In this document: positions 1 through 29,503 of the stretch, in pieces
Layout of the letters: every line of letters begins with the position of its first letter
Position numbering within the stretch: position 1 is the first letter of the stretch
Origin: the human T2T-CHM13v2.0 reference genome, Homo sapiens
Reading direction: 5' to 3' (one strand)
NCBI RefSeq assembly: GCF_009914755.1
Contig: NC_060935.1
DNA: 64,000 nt
Notes under the pieces: generated by a model
Seen by the model: only the letters and a program-made list of their open reading frames with translations
Database searches by the model: none
Told to the model about the DNA's origin: nothing
Translations under genes and position numbers: made by a program

Positions 1-4293
<4,293 letters not shown>

Positions 4294-5905
4294 TAACCTT
4301 CTTGCCAGGTCCTTTCTTTATACTTGACCTTAGGGAGTTTGATTATTAAATGCCTTGAAGTCGTCTTTGGGTTAAATTTCTTGATGTTCTATGACCTTCT
4401 TATAGTTGAATATTGATATCTTTCTCTAGGTTTGGGAAGTTCTCTGTTATTATCCCTTTGAATAAACTTCCTACCTCTATCTCTTTCTCTACCTTTCCTT
4501 TAAGGCCAATAACTCTTAGATTTCCCCTCTGAGGCTACTTTCTAGATCCTGTATGTGTCTTCAATGTTTTGTATTTTGTTTTCTTTTGTTTCCTCTGACT
4601 GTATTTGTTTTCAATAGTTTGTCCTCCAGCTCACCAATTCTTTCTTCTGCTTGAGCAATTCTGCTTTAGAAGACTTTGGTGCATTCTTCAGTATGCCAAA
4701 TACATTTTTCAGCTCCAGAATTTTTGCTTCATTCTCTTAAAATTATTTCAATCTCTTTGTTAAGTTTATTTGATAGAGTTTTGAATTTCTTTTCTGTGTT
4801 ACCTTGAATTTCTTTGAGTTTTCTCAAAACAGCAATTTTAAATTGTTTGCCTGAAGGGTCACATATCTTTATTTCTTCAGGATTGGTCCCTGTGCCTTAT
4901 TTATTTTATTTGGTGGGATCTTGTTTTCCTAGATGGTGGCGTTGACAGTAGATGTCTATCTGTGTCTGGGCATTGAAGAGTTAGGTATTTATTGTAGTCT
5001 TTATGTTCTGGGCTTGTTTGTACCCATCCTTCTTGGAAAGGCTTTCCAGATATTTGAAAGGATTGGGATGTGGTCATGTAAACTGTATCTGCTGTAGAAG
5101 CCCAGTAACACTGAGTAAAATTCCACCAGACAATAATTTGAATTCACATGAAGAAAGCAAAAGCTCTGGTAAATGAAACTACATAAGTAAATATAGAAGA
5201 TGGCATTTGCATATTTTGACTTGTTACTTGTTTTCATCTTATCTGATTTAAAAGACAACTGCATAAAAGAGACCTGTAGATGTACCATCTTGATGTCTTG
5301 GACAAGATTGGTGAGAATTCCTCAGATTACCAGGCAGAGACTCTTGTTCTCTTCCCTTAATTTTCTCAGATGGAATCTTTCTTCCTCTGTTGTGGGCTAC
5401 CTAATGATGGAGGTGAATGTACCCACCACCACTATGATTGCACGGGGTTAGACCTGAAACCAATACAGCACTGGGTCTTGCTCAAGGCCTGCCATGACCA
5501 CTTCCTGGGGAAATATTCATTCAAGGCCCTGGGGATCTATAACAATCAGGTGACAAATCCTGCCATACCTGTGTCCTTCTTTTCAGGGTGGCAAGTTCCC
5601 AGGCCCTGGGTGGGTCCAGAGATGCCATCTGGGAGTCAGGGATTAGGGTCAAAAACCTTAGAAGATTACATGTTGTTCTATTGTACTATGGCTGAGCCAG
5701 CACTTAAGCCACAAGATACAGTTCTTCCCTCTCTTCCTTCCCATTTCCAAAGGTAGAGGTGCCTCTAGCAGGTATATGGGTGCTCACCTGATTTTTGGTT
5801 CTCATGAAGATGTGTTTTCTCCATAGATAGTTGTTAAATATGTGTCCTTGTAGGGAATAGGGCATGAGACAATCAGTGGAGCCTTCTAATCTTCTATGTT
5901 GCGCC
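4294..5905 (-). mobile_element. Old L1 (L1MA/L1M1-2 type) 5' region and ORF1 start
   Basis: Antisense ORF1-like text (tttctctaggtttgggaagttctctgttattatcc) and L1M 5'UTR motifs (gattaccaggcagagactcttgttctcttccc; ggagccttcta near 5880); recalled similarity. Confidence 0.7.
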
Positions 5906-6717
5906 TGTGGCTGTTTCTTTAACTCTAAATTGAGACTAAGAATATACACTTTCAGAAATATAGTTGAAAATAAAGGTAATGTATTTCAAACACTGAAATT
6001 GGGCAGGAATCCTAGCACATAGTGCTTAGTATGTCAATGCCAGTTACAAAAGTGTAGTAAAAACCTTTAAAATTCTCTCCTCCATTAGAGCAAGGACAAT
6101 ACTGGAAAGAATGGTCAGACTCAACATTTTCAGAATTCTGGAAATTAAGCAAAAGCTCGCATCAGTTCAAGGAGTACTTATGCAAGAAAAATGGCCAACT
6201 CTAAATAACAAGGAGTGTTATTGTCATTTTAATTTACCCTGTTTTCATTTTCCCTGCACAGCTTCTCTGTAGTCTTGAAAAACAACAGCCTGCAATCACA
6301 TTGATACCCAGCAGCTTGGCAACCACTGGGAGGGGCAGAATGAGATTGGAGCTTTTTCGAAGACCCAGATAATTGTTATTATTTGACCTATGTGGTCATT
6401 CCCTGGAAGACCTAACTCACAAATATACCTTTATTTGACTTGACTTGGAGCATTTTTCATGGAGAAATTTGTCAAAAACAATCAGAAGCAATTCTTAAAC
6501 ATTGCAGCAGGTTTAGGCAGTAGATTAAGTAAGGAAAAAAACAGGCTAACAAAAAGGCTTCAATATAAAAGCTGAGGAATGAATATCAGGACTGTGTATA
6601 TGCCCAGGACTCTGTACATGTTCAAGAAAGACCCAGGAAGACATAAGCTATCACCTCTGGCTTACCTTGTGATCCTGTGAAAGCAGGATATGAAAGCTAA
6701 GGTAAAGTTTTAAGCTT

Positions 6718-7005
6718 GGCTGGGTGCGGTGGCTCACACCTGTAATCCCAGCACTTTGGGAGGCTGAGGCAGGCAGATCATGAGGTCAGGAGATTGAGAC
6801 CATCCTGGCTAACATGGTGAAACCCCATCTCTACTAAAAATACAAAAAATTAGCTGGGTGAGGTGGTGGGCACCTGTAGTCCCAGCTACTCAGGAGCCTG
6901 AGGCAGGAGAATGGTGTAACCTGGGAGGTGGAGCTTGCAGTAAGCTGAGATCATGCCACTGCACTCCACCCTGGGTGACAGAGCAAGACTCTGTCTCAAA
7001 AAAAA
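6718..7005 (+). mobile_element. Alu, AluY/Sc-like, full length
   Basis: ggctgggtgcggtggctcac start, ggagaatgg..ggagcttgcag diagnostics, A tail, flanking gttttaagct repeat. Confidence 0.95.
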
Positions 7006-7287
7006 CGTTTTAAGCTATCTGGCTGAGTAGTGAAGGCATGCCCCAAGACAAACATAGAACCCCTTAGCAAAGTCTGTAAGACTTATTGGTTCTAAAGATA
7101 TCTCTGTGTAATTACTAACTTATCAATAATCTTATTGAGCAGGGACTTCAGTGACTGCTTATAAGAAAATAATATGTCTCATAAAATTAGTCTAAAAAAT
7201 GCGAATCCCAAGAACAACAAAACAACAAACAGTAACAATTATAAACATTGGAGATGGAAAGTAATATGATTTCCAGGATTGCCACAT

Positions 7288-7654
7288 TGTATTAGTCTAT
7301 TTGGGCTGATTTAACAAAATACCATAGACTAAGTCACTTATAATCAATAGGAATTTGTTTCTTGAAGTTCTGAAATTTGGAAAACGTAAGATCAAGACAC
7401 CAGCAGATTTGGTGTCTGGTGAGGGTCCACTTTCTTGTTCTTGATGGTCATCTTCTTGTTATAATCTATCATGGGGGAAGGAGCAAGGGATCTCTCTGGG
7501 GGAATCTCTTAGATAAGGTGCCTATCTTATTAGTGAGAGTTCCGCTTTCATGATCTAATCATCTCTCAAAGACCCAACCTTCAAACACCTTCACATTGGA
7601 GATTAAGTTTTAACATATGAATTTTGGGAAGGACACAATTTTTTGACAATAGTG
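7288..7654 (-). mobile_element. MaLR LTR (MLT1A family)
   Basis: tgtattagtctatttgggctg...aacaaaataccatagact start and aacatatgaattttggg end, typical of reverse-strand MLT1A. Confidence 0.85.
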
Positions 7655-7722
7655 TGTGCACACACGCATGTGCACACACACACACGTATACTTATATATA
7701 GGCATGTATATATATGTATAAT
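7652..7722. repeat. (CA)n/(TA)n compound microsatellite
   Basis: gtgtgtgcacacacgcatgtgcacacacacacacgtatacttatatata... Confidence 0.8.
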
Positions 7723-8637
7723 CCAGTTTTCAATAACAAGAAAAATATAATACATGTAAAAAACAAGAAAGTACAGCCTGTACATAGGGGACTAATGCAG
7801 TTGACAGAAACTGTCTCTGGGGAAGCCTAGACTTCAGACTTACTAAACAAAGACTTTCAATTAGTTATTTTGTATATATTTAAGGAAATAAAACTATGTC
7901 TAAGAACTAAAGAAAAGTATCAGAATGATATCTCAGCAAATAGATCATTTTAACAAAGAGATAGAAATTATAAAAAAGAACCAAATGAAAATTCTAGAGG
8001 TAAAATGTACAATAATTGAAATGACAAATTCACTAGGGGAGCTCAGTAGCAGATTTGAGTAGACAGAATAAAAAAGAAGTGAACTTGGGTAGGCCAATGG
8101 AAATCATCTAGTCTGAGGAGCAGAAAGAGAAAGAAAGGAAGAAAAAATGAACAGGACCCCAGAGACCTATCAAGCATCATTAAAAATACCACCATATGTA
8201 CAATGGGGTTTCCAGAGGGAGAGAAAAGAAAGAGGCAGAAAGAATATTTGGAAAAAAATGATGGCCTAAAATGTGTCCAAAAATTAATTTATGCATCCAA
8301 AAATCTCCTAAAATTCTAAATAGGATAAATTGAAAGAGATTATGGGATCATAATCAAACTATTATAACCAAACACAGTGGGAGAATCTTGAAAGCAGCAA
8401 AAGAGAAGTGACTTATCATATCTAAGAGATTCTCCTTAACCAAACAGCTGATTTCTCATCAGAAGTGATAAAGGTCAGGAGGAAGTTGGATAACATATTC
8501 AAAGTACAGAAAAGAAAAGACTGTCAACCAAGAATTCCCTGTCCATTGAAATTACCCTTTGAAAATGAAGGAGAAATTAAGATGTTCCTAGGCAAACAAA
8601 AACAGAGAAGCTTTATTGTTAGCAGGTCTTCTCTTTA

Positions 8638-9840
<1,203 letters not shown>

Positions 9841-10407
9841 AAAGAAGTCCTTCAGGCTGAAATAAAATCCCACCAGACAATAATTTGAATTCACATAAAG
9901 AAAGCAAAATCTTTGGTAAACCTAAGTACATAGATAAATATAGAAGACAGTATTTCCATATTTTAGCTTGTTACTTGTTTTCCTCTTATCTGATTTAAAA
10001 GACAACTGCATAAAGCAATAATTATAAATATGTGTTGATGGATATGCAATGTGTAAAGATGTAATTTGTATGGCAATAAAAACACAAAATAGAAGGGAGA
10101 GAATAGAGATATGTAGAAGTGCTATTCTTATGTACTGTTGTATTTAAGTTGGCGTTTATCTGAACTAGATATAAAAACATGATCCAAATATATGTTGTTT
10201 ACAAGAGCCATCTTTAGATTCAAAGACCCAAATAAGTTGAAAGCAAAAGCTTGAAAAAATATAAACCACACAAACAGTAAGCAAAGGATAGCTGAAGTGG
10301 CTATATTTTAGCTAATAGTAATATCAGACAAAATGAAATTTAAGGGATAAATTGCTATTAGAGATGGAGAAGGATATTTTATAAGGTTATACCAATCAAT
10401 TCACCAT

Positions 10408-10598
10408 GAGCTGCTTATAAACAATAGAAATATTTTTCTTATAGTTCCGAAGGCTTGGATCAAGGCGTTGGCAGATTTGGTATCTGGCATAAGGGTCCAT
10501 TTCCTGGTTCTAGATGGCCATGTGCCATAATCTCAGATGGTGAAAGGGGCAAGAGATCTCTCTGGGGATTTTACCTTTTATAAGGGTGCTAATCCCAT
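10408..10598 (-). mobile_element. MLT1A internal LTR fragment
   Basis: gcttataaacaatagaaat...gcagatttggtatctgg...gatctctctgggg...ttataagggtgctaatcccat, similar to 7335-7530. Confidence 0.75.
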
Positions 10599-11854
10599 GT
10601 TATAATGTCTATAATAATTATAGACCTATGTGCATCTAATAACAGAGACCCAAAATATATGAAGTAAAAACTAACACAGTAGAAAAGAGAAATAGACAAT
10701 TTGACAACAATAGGTGGAGACTTTGATATCTCACTCTCAATAATGGATAGACAGCTAGGCAGAAGCTCATCAAGAAAACAAGACTTACACAATGCTATAA
10801 AGAAAGTATACATAACAGTACTCTTTTAGGTGTAAACCTAACTACATTTATACTATATTATCTTCAACAACAGCATAATATACACTCTTTTCAAGTGCAC
10901 ATGCAACATTCTCGAGGTTAAACCATATGTAACCTAAAACAAGACTCAATACAGTTAAAAGAATTAGACAAAGTATGTTCTCCAGAATGTAATGAAATTA
11001 AAGATCATCATAGAAGGAAATTTGGGAAATTCACAAATATGTAAAAATTAAACAACACGTTTTTAAATAACCAGTGCATCAAAGAGGAAATCACGAGGGA
11101 AATTAGAAAATACTTTGAGATAAGAGAAGATGAAGACACCATAACATAACCTATAGAATGCATCTAAAGCAGTGCTTAGTGGGAAATTTGTAGCTGTTAA
11201 TGTGTACATTTAAAAAAGAAGAAAGATCTGAAATAAATCACTTTGCCTGCTCCCATTAAGACATTGGAAAATGAGAGCAAACTAAACCTAAAGTAAGCAG
11301 AAGGAAGGAAACAGCAAGGACTAGAGCAAAAACAAATGAATTAGAGAATAGAATAGAGAATAAAAAAACAACAAAACCGAAGAGGATTCTTTAAAAAGAT
11401 CACCAAAGTGACAAATCTCTAGCTAGATTGACCAAGAAAGAAAAGAGATGGAAGACTCAAATTACTAAAATCAGGAATGAGAGACATTACTACTGACCTT
11501 AAAAAATGAAAAGGATTATAAGGGATACTATAAGCCATAATATGCAACAAATTATATGACTTAGATAAAATGGATACATTCTTAGAAAGACACAAGCCAC
11601 TGAAATTGACTTAATAGATGATCTGAACATAGTATAATAAGTAAAGATATTGAATTAGTAATAAAAATATTTCTCACAAAGAAAACCCAGGCCAAGATGG
11701 CTTCACTGGTGAATTTTATCATGCGTTTAAGGAAGAATTAACACCAATCCTCCACAACCTTTTCTAAAAAATAGAGAACAATTCCCAACTCATTCTATGA
11801 TACAAGTATTACCCTGATGCCAAAGTGAAACAAAGATATCATAAGAAAAGAAAA

Positions 11855-17777
<5,923 letters not shown>

Positions 17778-18689
17778 AAAAGAAAACTGCAACCATATCT
17801 TATGAAAATACATATTAATACAAAAATTCTCAATAAAAGTTTTGCGAATGGCAGTCAGTAGCCTATGAAAGGAAATATACACCATGACTAACTGAGATAT
17901 AAATCCTAAATATGTAATTTGGGATATAATTCCTAAATAATTAGGAATATAAGGCTGTTTCAATAAAAAAAAACAGTCAATGTTATTCACTATGTCGATA
18001 GAATAAAGGACATAGTGTTCAGTAATGATAGCTGGTATTATGCTATTTTTCTTCGTTCTCCATTCACTGCTTACCCATATTTTAAAATATATCAGCAGTT
18101 ACAACTCTTATGATATGTGATTTAAACAGCATTCTATTCTTCAGACTGCAGAGTAGTTGCTGTAATATATGTTTGCAAGATGGCAGAACATATTTGGTTT
18201 GCAAATTTCCACTGTCCTGGAAATTATGTGTGAAGTAAATTTGAAGTCTCTTTGCCTAGGTGAGGCTTTTTCTATTGAATGGCCGTTGGAATTTCTAGAC
18301 TTCCAAAAAATGTCAATGGGAAGGCATACAAATCTTTTTGAATTTTTACACTAGAAAAGTTGACTCTAGGATTTTAGCTTCAATTTGCCTCCCAACCTCA
18401 GATACCACTCTGCCTGAAAGTGCGTCAAGTTCCAAGGTTCATCTCTATTGGTGGAATGTGTCCTGATGTGTTTATAGTACAGTTGAGAGATTGATTCAGA
18501 ATCTCAGCCTCCTCTGTAACTCAGACAGTGAGGAAATTTCCTCGGAAATATTCAACCTGAATGAAACCCCATTTTGTTATCCACAAGCATTTAGAATCCT
18601 TCATGACACCTAACGGCTTATAAAAGGAGGGCTTTGTTGCATAATATTGCAGGCCAGGGATGTAGGATGTTAATAAGTTAAAATGCAGG

Positions 18690-18885
18690 GAAAAATCTAA
18701 TCAGGTGAAGATAGTTTGTTAATAGACAAATACTCCCAAATATCTGTTTCTAAGGAAAAATCTTTTAAAAACTGAGATAATTAATCCCTGGGAGGACAAA
18801 GCCTTAGATATAATGATAAATCCTTTAATGTTCTCAATATCCTCTCCAAACACTATGATTCAAGAGAAGCTGTTTTCTTATTTTA
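18690..18885 (+). promoter_or_regulatory. Candidate OR promoter core (homeodomain TAATTA abutting O/E site TCCCTGGGAG), likely for the 29504 pseudogene
   Basis: gagataattaatccctgggaggacaaagc (18774-18802) aligns by eye, with flanks, to the minus strand of 45695-45898. Confidence 0.6.
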
Positions 18886-19029
18886 AAGGCAGAATAAGAG
18901 AGGGGGTATTGTTAGAATATTTGTGTCATTTATTCTTTTTTTTTAACTGCATTGGTTTTTTTTTTTTAATTTTTTTCTTTTTTCTTTTTTTCAAATATAT
19001 TTTCTTGTTACTTTTACACAAACAATAGC

Positions 19030-19326
19030 ATGCTATATACATTTATATATATATATAGTTTTACATAAGTATATATATTTAGAATCTTTCCACATCAGTA
19101 CACAAAATGTGTCCTCCTTCATTTTACACCTGTATAGTATTCCTTAGTTAGAGTGTATCACAATTTTTAAAACCAATTCTTCATTATGAAAATTAAATGG
19201 TATACATTTCTTTTGCTGTTGAAACAATGACACCATCCATAACCTATACACATATATTTTCCCATTTATATGCGTTTGTAGGATAAATCCTCAAGGGTGA
19301 AAATTCTGGGTCAAATGAAATATAAA
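19030..19326 (-). mobile_element. Old L1ME/L1MC 3' fragment
   Basis: atctttccacatcagtacac...tgtatagtattcc...gtaggataaatcctcaag..gtgaaattctgggtcaaa; recalled L1M 3' text. Confidence 0.55.
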
Positions 19327-25493
<6,167 letters not shown>

Positions 25494-26199
25494 TTTTGTC
25501 CCTTCCTCTACAATATAGATATATATGCTGGAGAATATCAGAAGATTCTGTTTAGTAACTAAGAACTTGGAGTTTCAAATTCAACTAACATTTTCTTTAC
25601 CTTTAACTTGAACTTCAAAGGCATTGGAGTTTTGAAAATGCTTGCTGAATCCATTTGAAGAAATTTGTGTCATCTTGACATTCTGTGCTTTTTGTAAAAT
25701 TGTGCAGTCAGTGGAGGCTTGGGTATATACATTACATAACATGTTGTTTGAACAGCTACCTATAATGGTTACTTCCTATTTCTGAATACATTGGCCATTC
25801 TCCTAAACAATAGAGGCAATCACAGTAAGTTACCTGAAAGTGCTTATTCTTAATCCAGTTTCTTACATTTCTTCTTTCTCCCAAGGGGTTTATAATTGAA
25901 ACCATTAAAGTATTACATCTGATATTTGATGGTGAATCCCTTCTAAATGTTTTAGGATAATTTGCAGAAATATTTATTCTCCTCACTGTATATTGATATA
26001 ACTACAATTTGTCAGGAAAAGGTTAACATTTTATGGATTCCTCAGTCAATTTCTAGGCTTTTAAGTGTGGAGAGAGTGCAGTAGGTGGATGGGTCATTGA
26101 GGATTTTCTCCAGGGGTAGGGCATATGATGTAATGATAGTCAGAGATTGGTTTATGTAGAATCACTCATTTCCTTGAAATAATACTCTGACTTTGAAAG

Positions 26200-26209
26200 T
26201 CCCCAGGGA
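26200..26209. promoter_or_regulatory. Isolated perfect EBF/O/E motif TCCCCAGGGA
   Basis: Matches TCCCNNGGGA, 3.3 kb upstream of the OR pseudogene ATG in non-repeat DNA; a short motif that may be chance. Confidence 0.3.
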
Positions 26210-26824
26210 GAAAAAGAGGGAAAATCTCACCTTGTACTAGTAGCAGGAGATATGAGAAACAATTAAAAATAAAGAAAGGCAAAATTAAAGTAGAGCTGAC
26301 AGGGTGTGTGACCTTCACCGTGCTCAGGACAGGTCAGTATGGGAAGTAAGAGAAGGAGAGAATTTGGATTATTTTATTCAAATGAAAACTTTAGCTCTAA
26401 GACTGAGATCAAAAGGCAAGTGCATTAAAATACAGGATCTGCAAGTAAAGAGTGTACCCTCTGCTGTAATTAGGAATCTATATTAAACTCCAAGCTTAGG
26501 GGTATTTTTTATTTTGACTCTATTCAAGTGATCCCAGATATTGTTTTAACCAGATGAGAACTTGTTTCTGCCACAATGGATGTGGTCTCAGCAATATGGC
26601 TGCATTTCTTCATCCCTGAACTAAGACTTAGCCTCTTTCTTAGAAAATCAAGACAGGTTTTGGTATAGATAAGACATGAAAGTTAATTTTGTCACTGTAA
26701 GGTGATTTTTCCTTGTCTACACTTGTATTAAGCTATCTTAAGGAAGGCCAGATGTGATGGAAAAAAATTAATTTTGTTGGGCATTATTAGACATAGATTT
26801 TCTTATTCTTCTCTGCCAAAAATA

Positions 26825-26892
26825 AATTAGCTGTGTTTTCTCGGATATTACCTCTTGAGACTTCAGTTTCTTCATCTTTAAAGTATGGATAA
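26825..26892 (+). mobile_element. MIR fragment
   Basis: tagctgtg...cctcttgagacttcagtttcttcatctttaaagtatggataa MIR core. Confidence 0.55.
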
Positions 26893-27196
26893 GTTGATGC
26901 AGTGCAAGGTACCTCAGGATTTTTAATGTCTAACAATTCTAGAGTCTTGTCCAATTAGACCCTTGAACTCATTACATCTGACTCTGCATTTCTTAGCTTA
27001 GCAAAAGGAATGCCATTAATTTCTTATGGTCACAGGTGTTAGCTTTAGGTACTAGTCCACTTGTCCAAACTCTGGCAATGCTGAGTCCCAGAAGTAAACT
27101 CGATTGATACTAGAGAAGCACTGGTTAAATGCTGAAGAGCTAGAAGCAGACATCTTGTGCTTGAATACAGGCTTCTCTGTTTTTTATTTTTATTAA

Positions 27197-27360
27197 CACT
27201 GTAATTTTGGGTAAGTTTTCTTCTCATCACAGTTTACTTTTCTTTCAAATATGGATAATTGTGTACCATCTTCAAAGCATTGTTGTGAAGATTAAGTGAA
27301 AAAATGCATGTAAAGCATTTAGTATAGTACCAAGCACATGGCAAGTACACAATAAAAATG
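27197..27360 (+). mobile_element. MIR
   Basis: ttgttgtgaagattaagtgaaaaaatgcatgtaaagcatttagtatagtacc..gcacatggcaagtacacaataaa. Confidence 0.75.
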
Positions 27361-29419
27361 AACAATTATTCTAGGAAGTACAGGGTATAAAAATAAATCT
27401 CTGCATGCTAGAAAGTAAGAATGGGGAAAAGCAGAGTGGTAGTAAAAGTTTGCATTTCAAAACTAGTATATGAAATTTAAAAAGGTAACAACGGTTTCTC
27501 TGGGAAGAAGTTTGTTTATGTCCTTACCTCTCAATTGCCGTCTGAGGGCCCTTTTATGGAATATCAAGGTCTTTCTGCTAGGTTGACACTTTTCTCCATT
27601 TCTAATTTCTGTAAAAATATGAGTATTAGAGGATTTAAATGGTAATAGGCACACTATATCTTTGGATTAGTTCTGTGCTATCTTTGGCTCAAGTCTCCCA
27701 ATTAACAGTGAAGAACAAAGACACGAATTTTGAACATGAGACTGAGTTGTTCTGTTTGTATGTTTGTGTCTGCAGGGAAATAGGGAGGAGATGAAAATTG
27801 TAAAAAAGCACTGCTCTTTAAATATATTCTAATTACTTCAAGACTTGCAAGAAATTGAATAAGTGAGATATTGAAAATGAATGAGTCAAGTTTGGAGTTT
27901 TCTGTCTGGTTTTGATCAGGAAGTCTAACCTTTGGCACAGACCTTCAGGAAGTTGTAAAAACATTAGTTGATTGTTGGTTCTCTCAAAAGCCATCTCCTC
28001 TAGGGAAAGTTGGTAATTAGAAGGGCATCCAACCTTATTCTCAAGAGTTCTTGTCCCTGAAAGGATTCTCTGGAGCATTGGGCTATCCAGAAGGGAGACC
28101 ATGATCCTAGAGCTTGGAGCTCTTAGGTCCGCTTCTCAATGAAGCATTTGTGGGATCATCAGGAAGATGTTACCTTTTCATGTACTCATGAAACAGAGGC
28201 AATTCATCTTACCCACCACTGCCTTTGTGCTTTAAGAACACATAAAGATAAAGAAAAAAAATCTGAAGTCTAGGAAAAAATGAGAATTAATAATAGCAAA
28301 ACCTAGTTTTAAGTACTATCTTAAAGTTAATTGAATGAAATGTGCATTCTTCTTCAAGTAAATGAAAATAGACTATGTATTAAGGAGATTCTCGTTGATT
28401 ATTCAGACTTGACTTATTGGCTATCATATCAATGATATAAAACCAGAGATCAAAAATCTTTGACTGGTAGACTAAAGATGATATTAGGAAGATTCTAAAA
28501 GATCCATGGGCAGTCATGGCAGCCTCATCCTCTGTCCTGATCTTTTCAGAAAAGTTAGGGTCCAGTCAGGCACTCTCCCTGTGTCCATTTGGTGACTTGG
28601 TGACAAAAATTTAATGAGCACATTATAGTAGTTATTTCAACTATACCCAGCTATTTTCTGGATTCCCGTCGTGTACCAAGGTACAATTCCCTATATTTGT
28701 TTTCTTACATATTCTGCTCAATGTAAACATTTATGATTCCAGCTTCAGGTCTCCAAGAAAATATATAGAAACAATATTTCTTTTCTGACTATACAGGTAG
28801 TTATGCAAGCTGTAGAAAATACTAAAAAACATAGAGATAAAAATCACCCATAGTTTCACATCTAGAACTAAATGTCCTAAATGTATTTTTTCCTTACCAA
28901 CTTTTCTCTACCCATATGTTTTAACGTAGGTAAAACAAAACCTATATAAAATTTTATAACTAAAATTCTTGAAGTTAAATTTTGTTACTAAAATATACCT
29001 ATAAAACCCATAATCTTCAAATACTAAATCTATAACTATTATCACTAACTTTTAACCTATAGAATACTTGCCTAATTATAATTAAGATATACAGACTATT
29101 TTATGGTTTTTAGTTCATGTTATTTCATACATACATTTTAAAGTCTTATTAGTCTCCAAAACTATTACCTCTAATGAATGCATTAATCCATCATATTGAT
29201 GTCTAAGTGAAGTTTTGAAACAACTACCCTCTAGGAAATGGAATCTCTCTCTTCTGGGTGTCCCATGTCTTCTAAGAATATTTTTGAGGTCAGGCTAATA
29301 AAAAACTAAGAAGTCAGCTAGAGAAGTTTACGGGTACCTATTCCTAGAGAATTTTGGGAGCAGAAGGAATCACCTGTGAGATGGCAGAGTAATGAAAAGA
29401 CAAAGTTTTGGACTATTTG

Positions 29420-29459
29420 ATTCTTTTATGCTTCTTTTTTTTCCTTTTTTTTTCTAAAG
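29420..29459 (+). promoter_or_regulatory. Splice acceptor of the OR pseudogene coding exon
   Basis: Long polypyrimidine tract ending tttctaaag (AG 29458-29459), 44 nt before the ATG; typical OR 5'UTR intron. Confidence 0.6.
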
Positions 29460-29503
29460 GTAAAATATTCCTTCCTGGAGGTTTTATCACCCACACTACA
29501 TAG

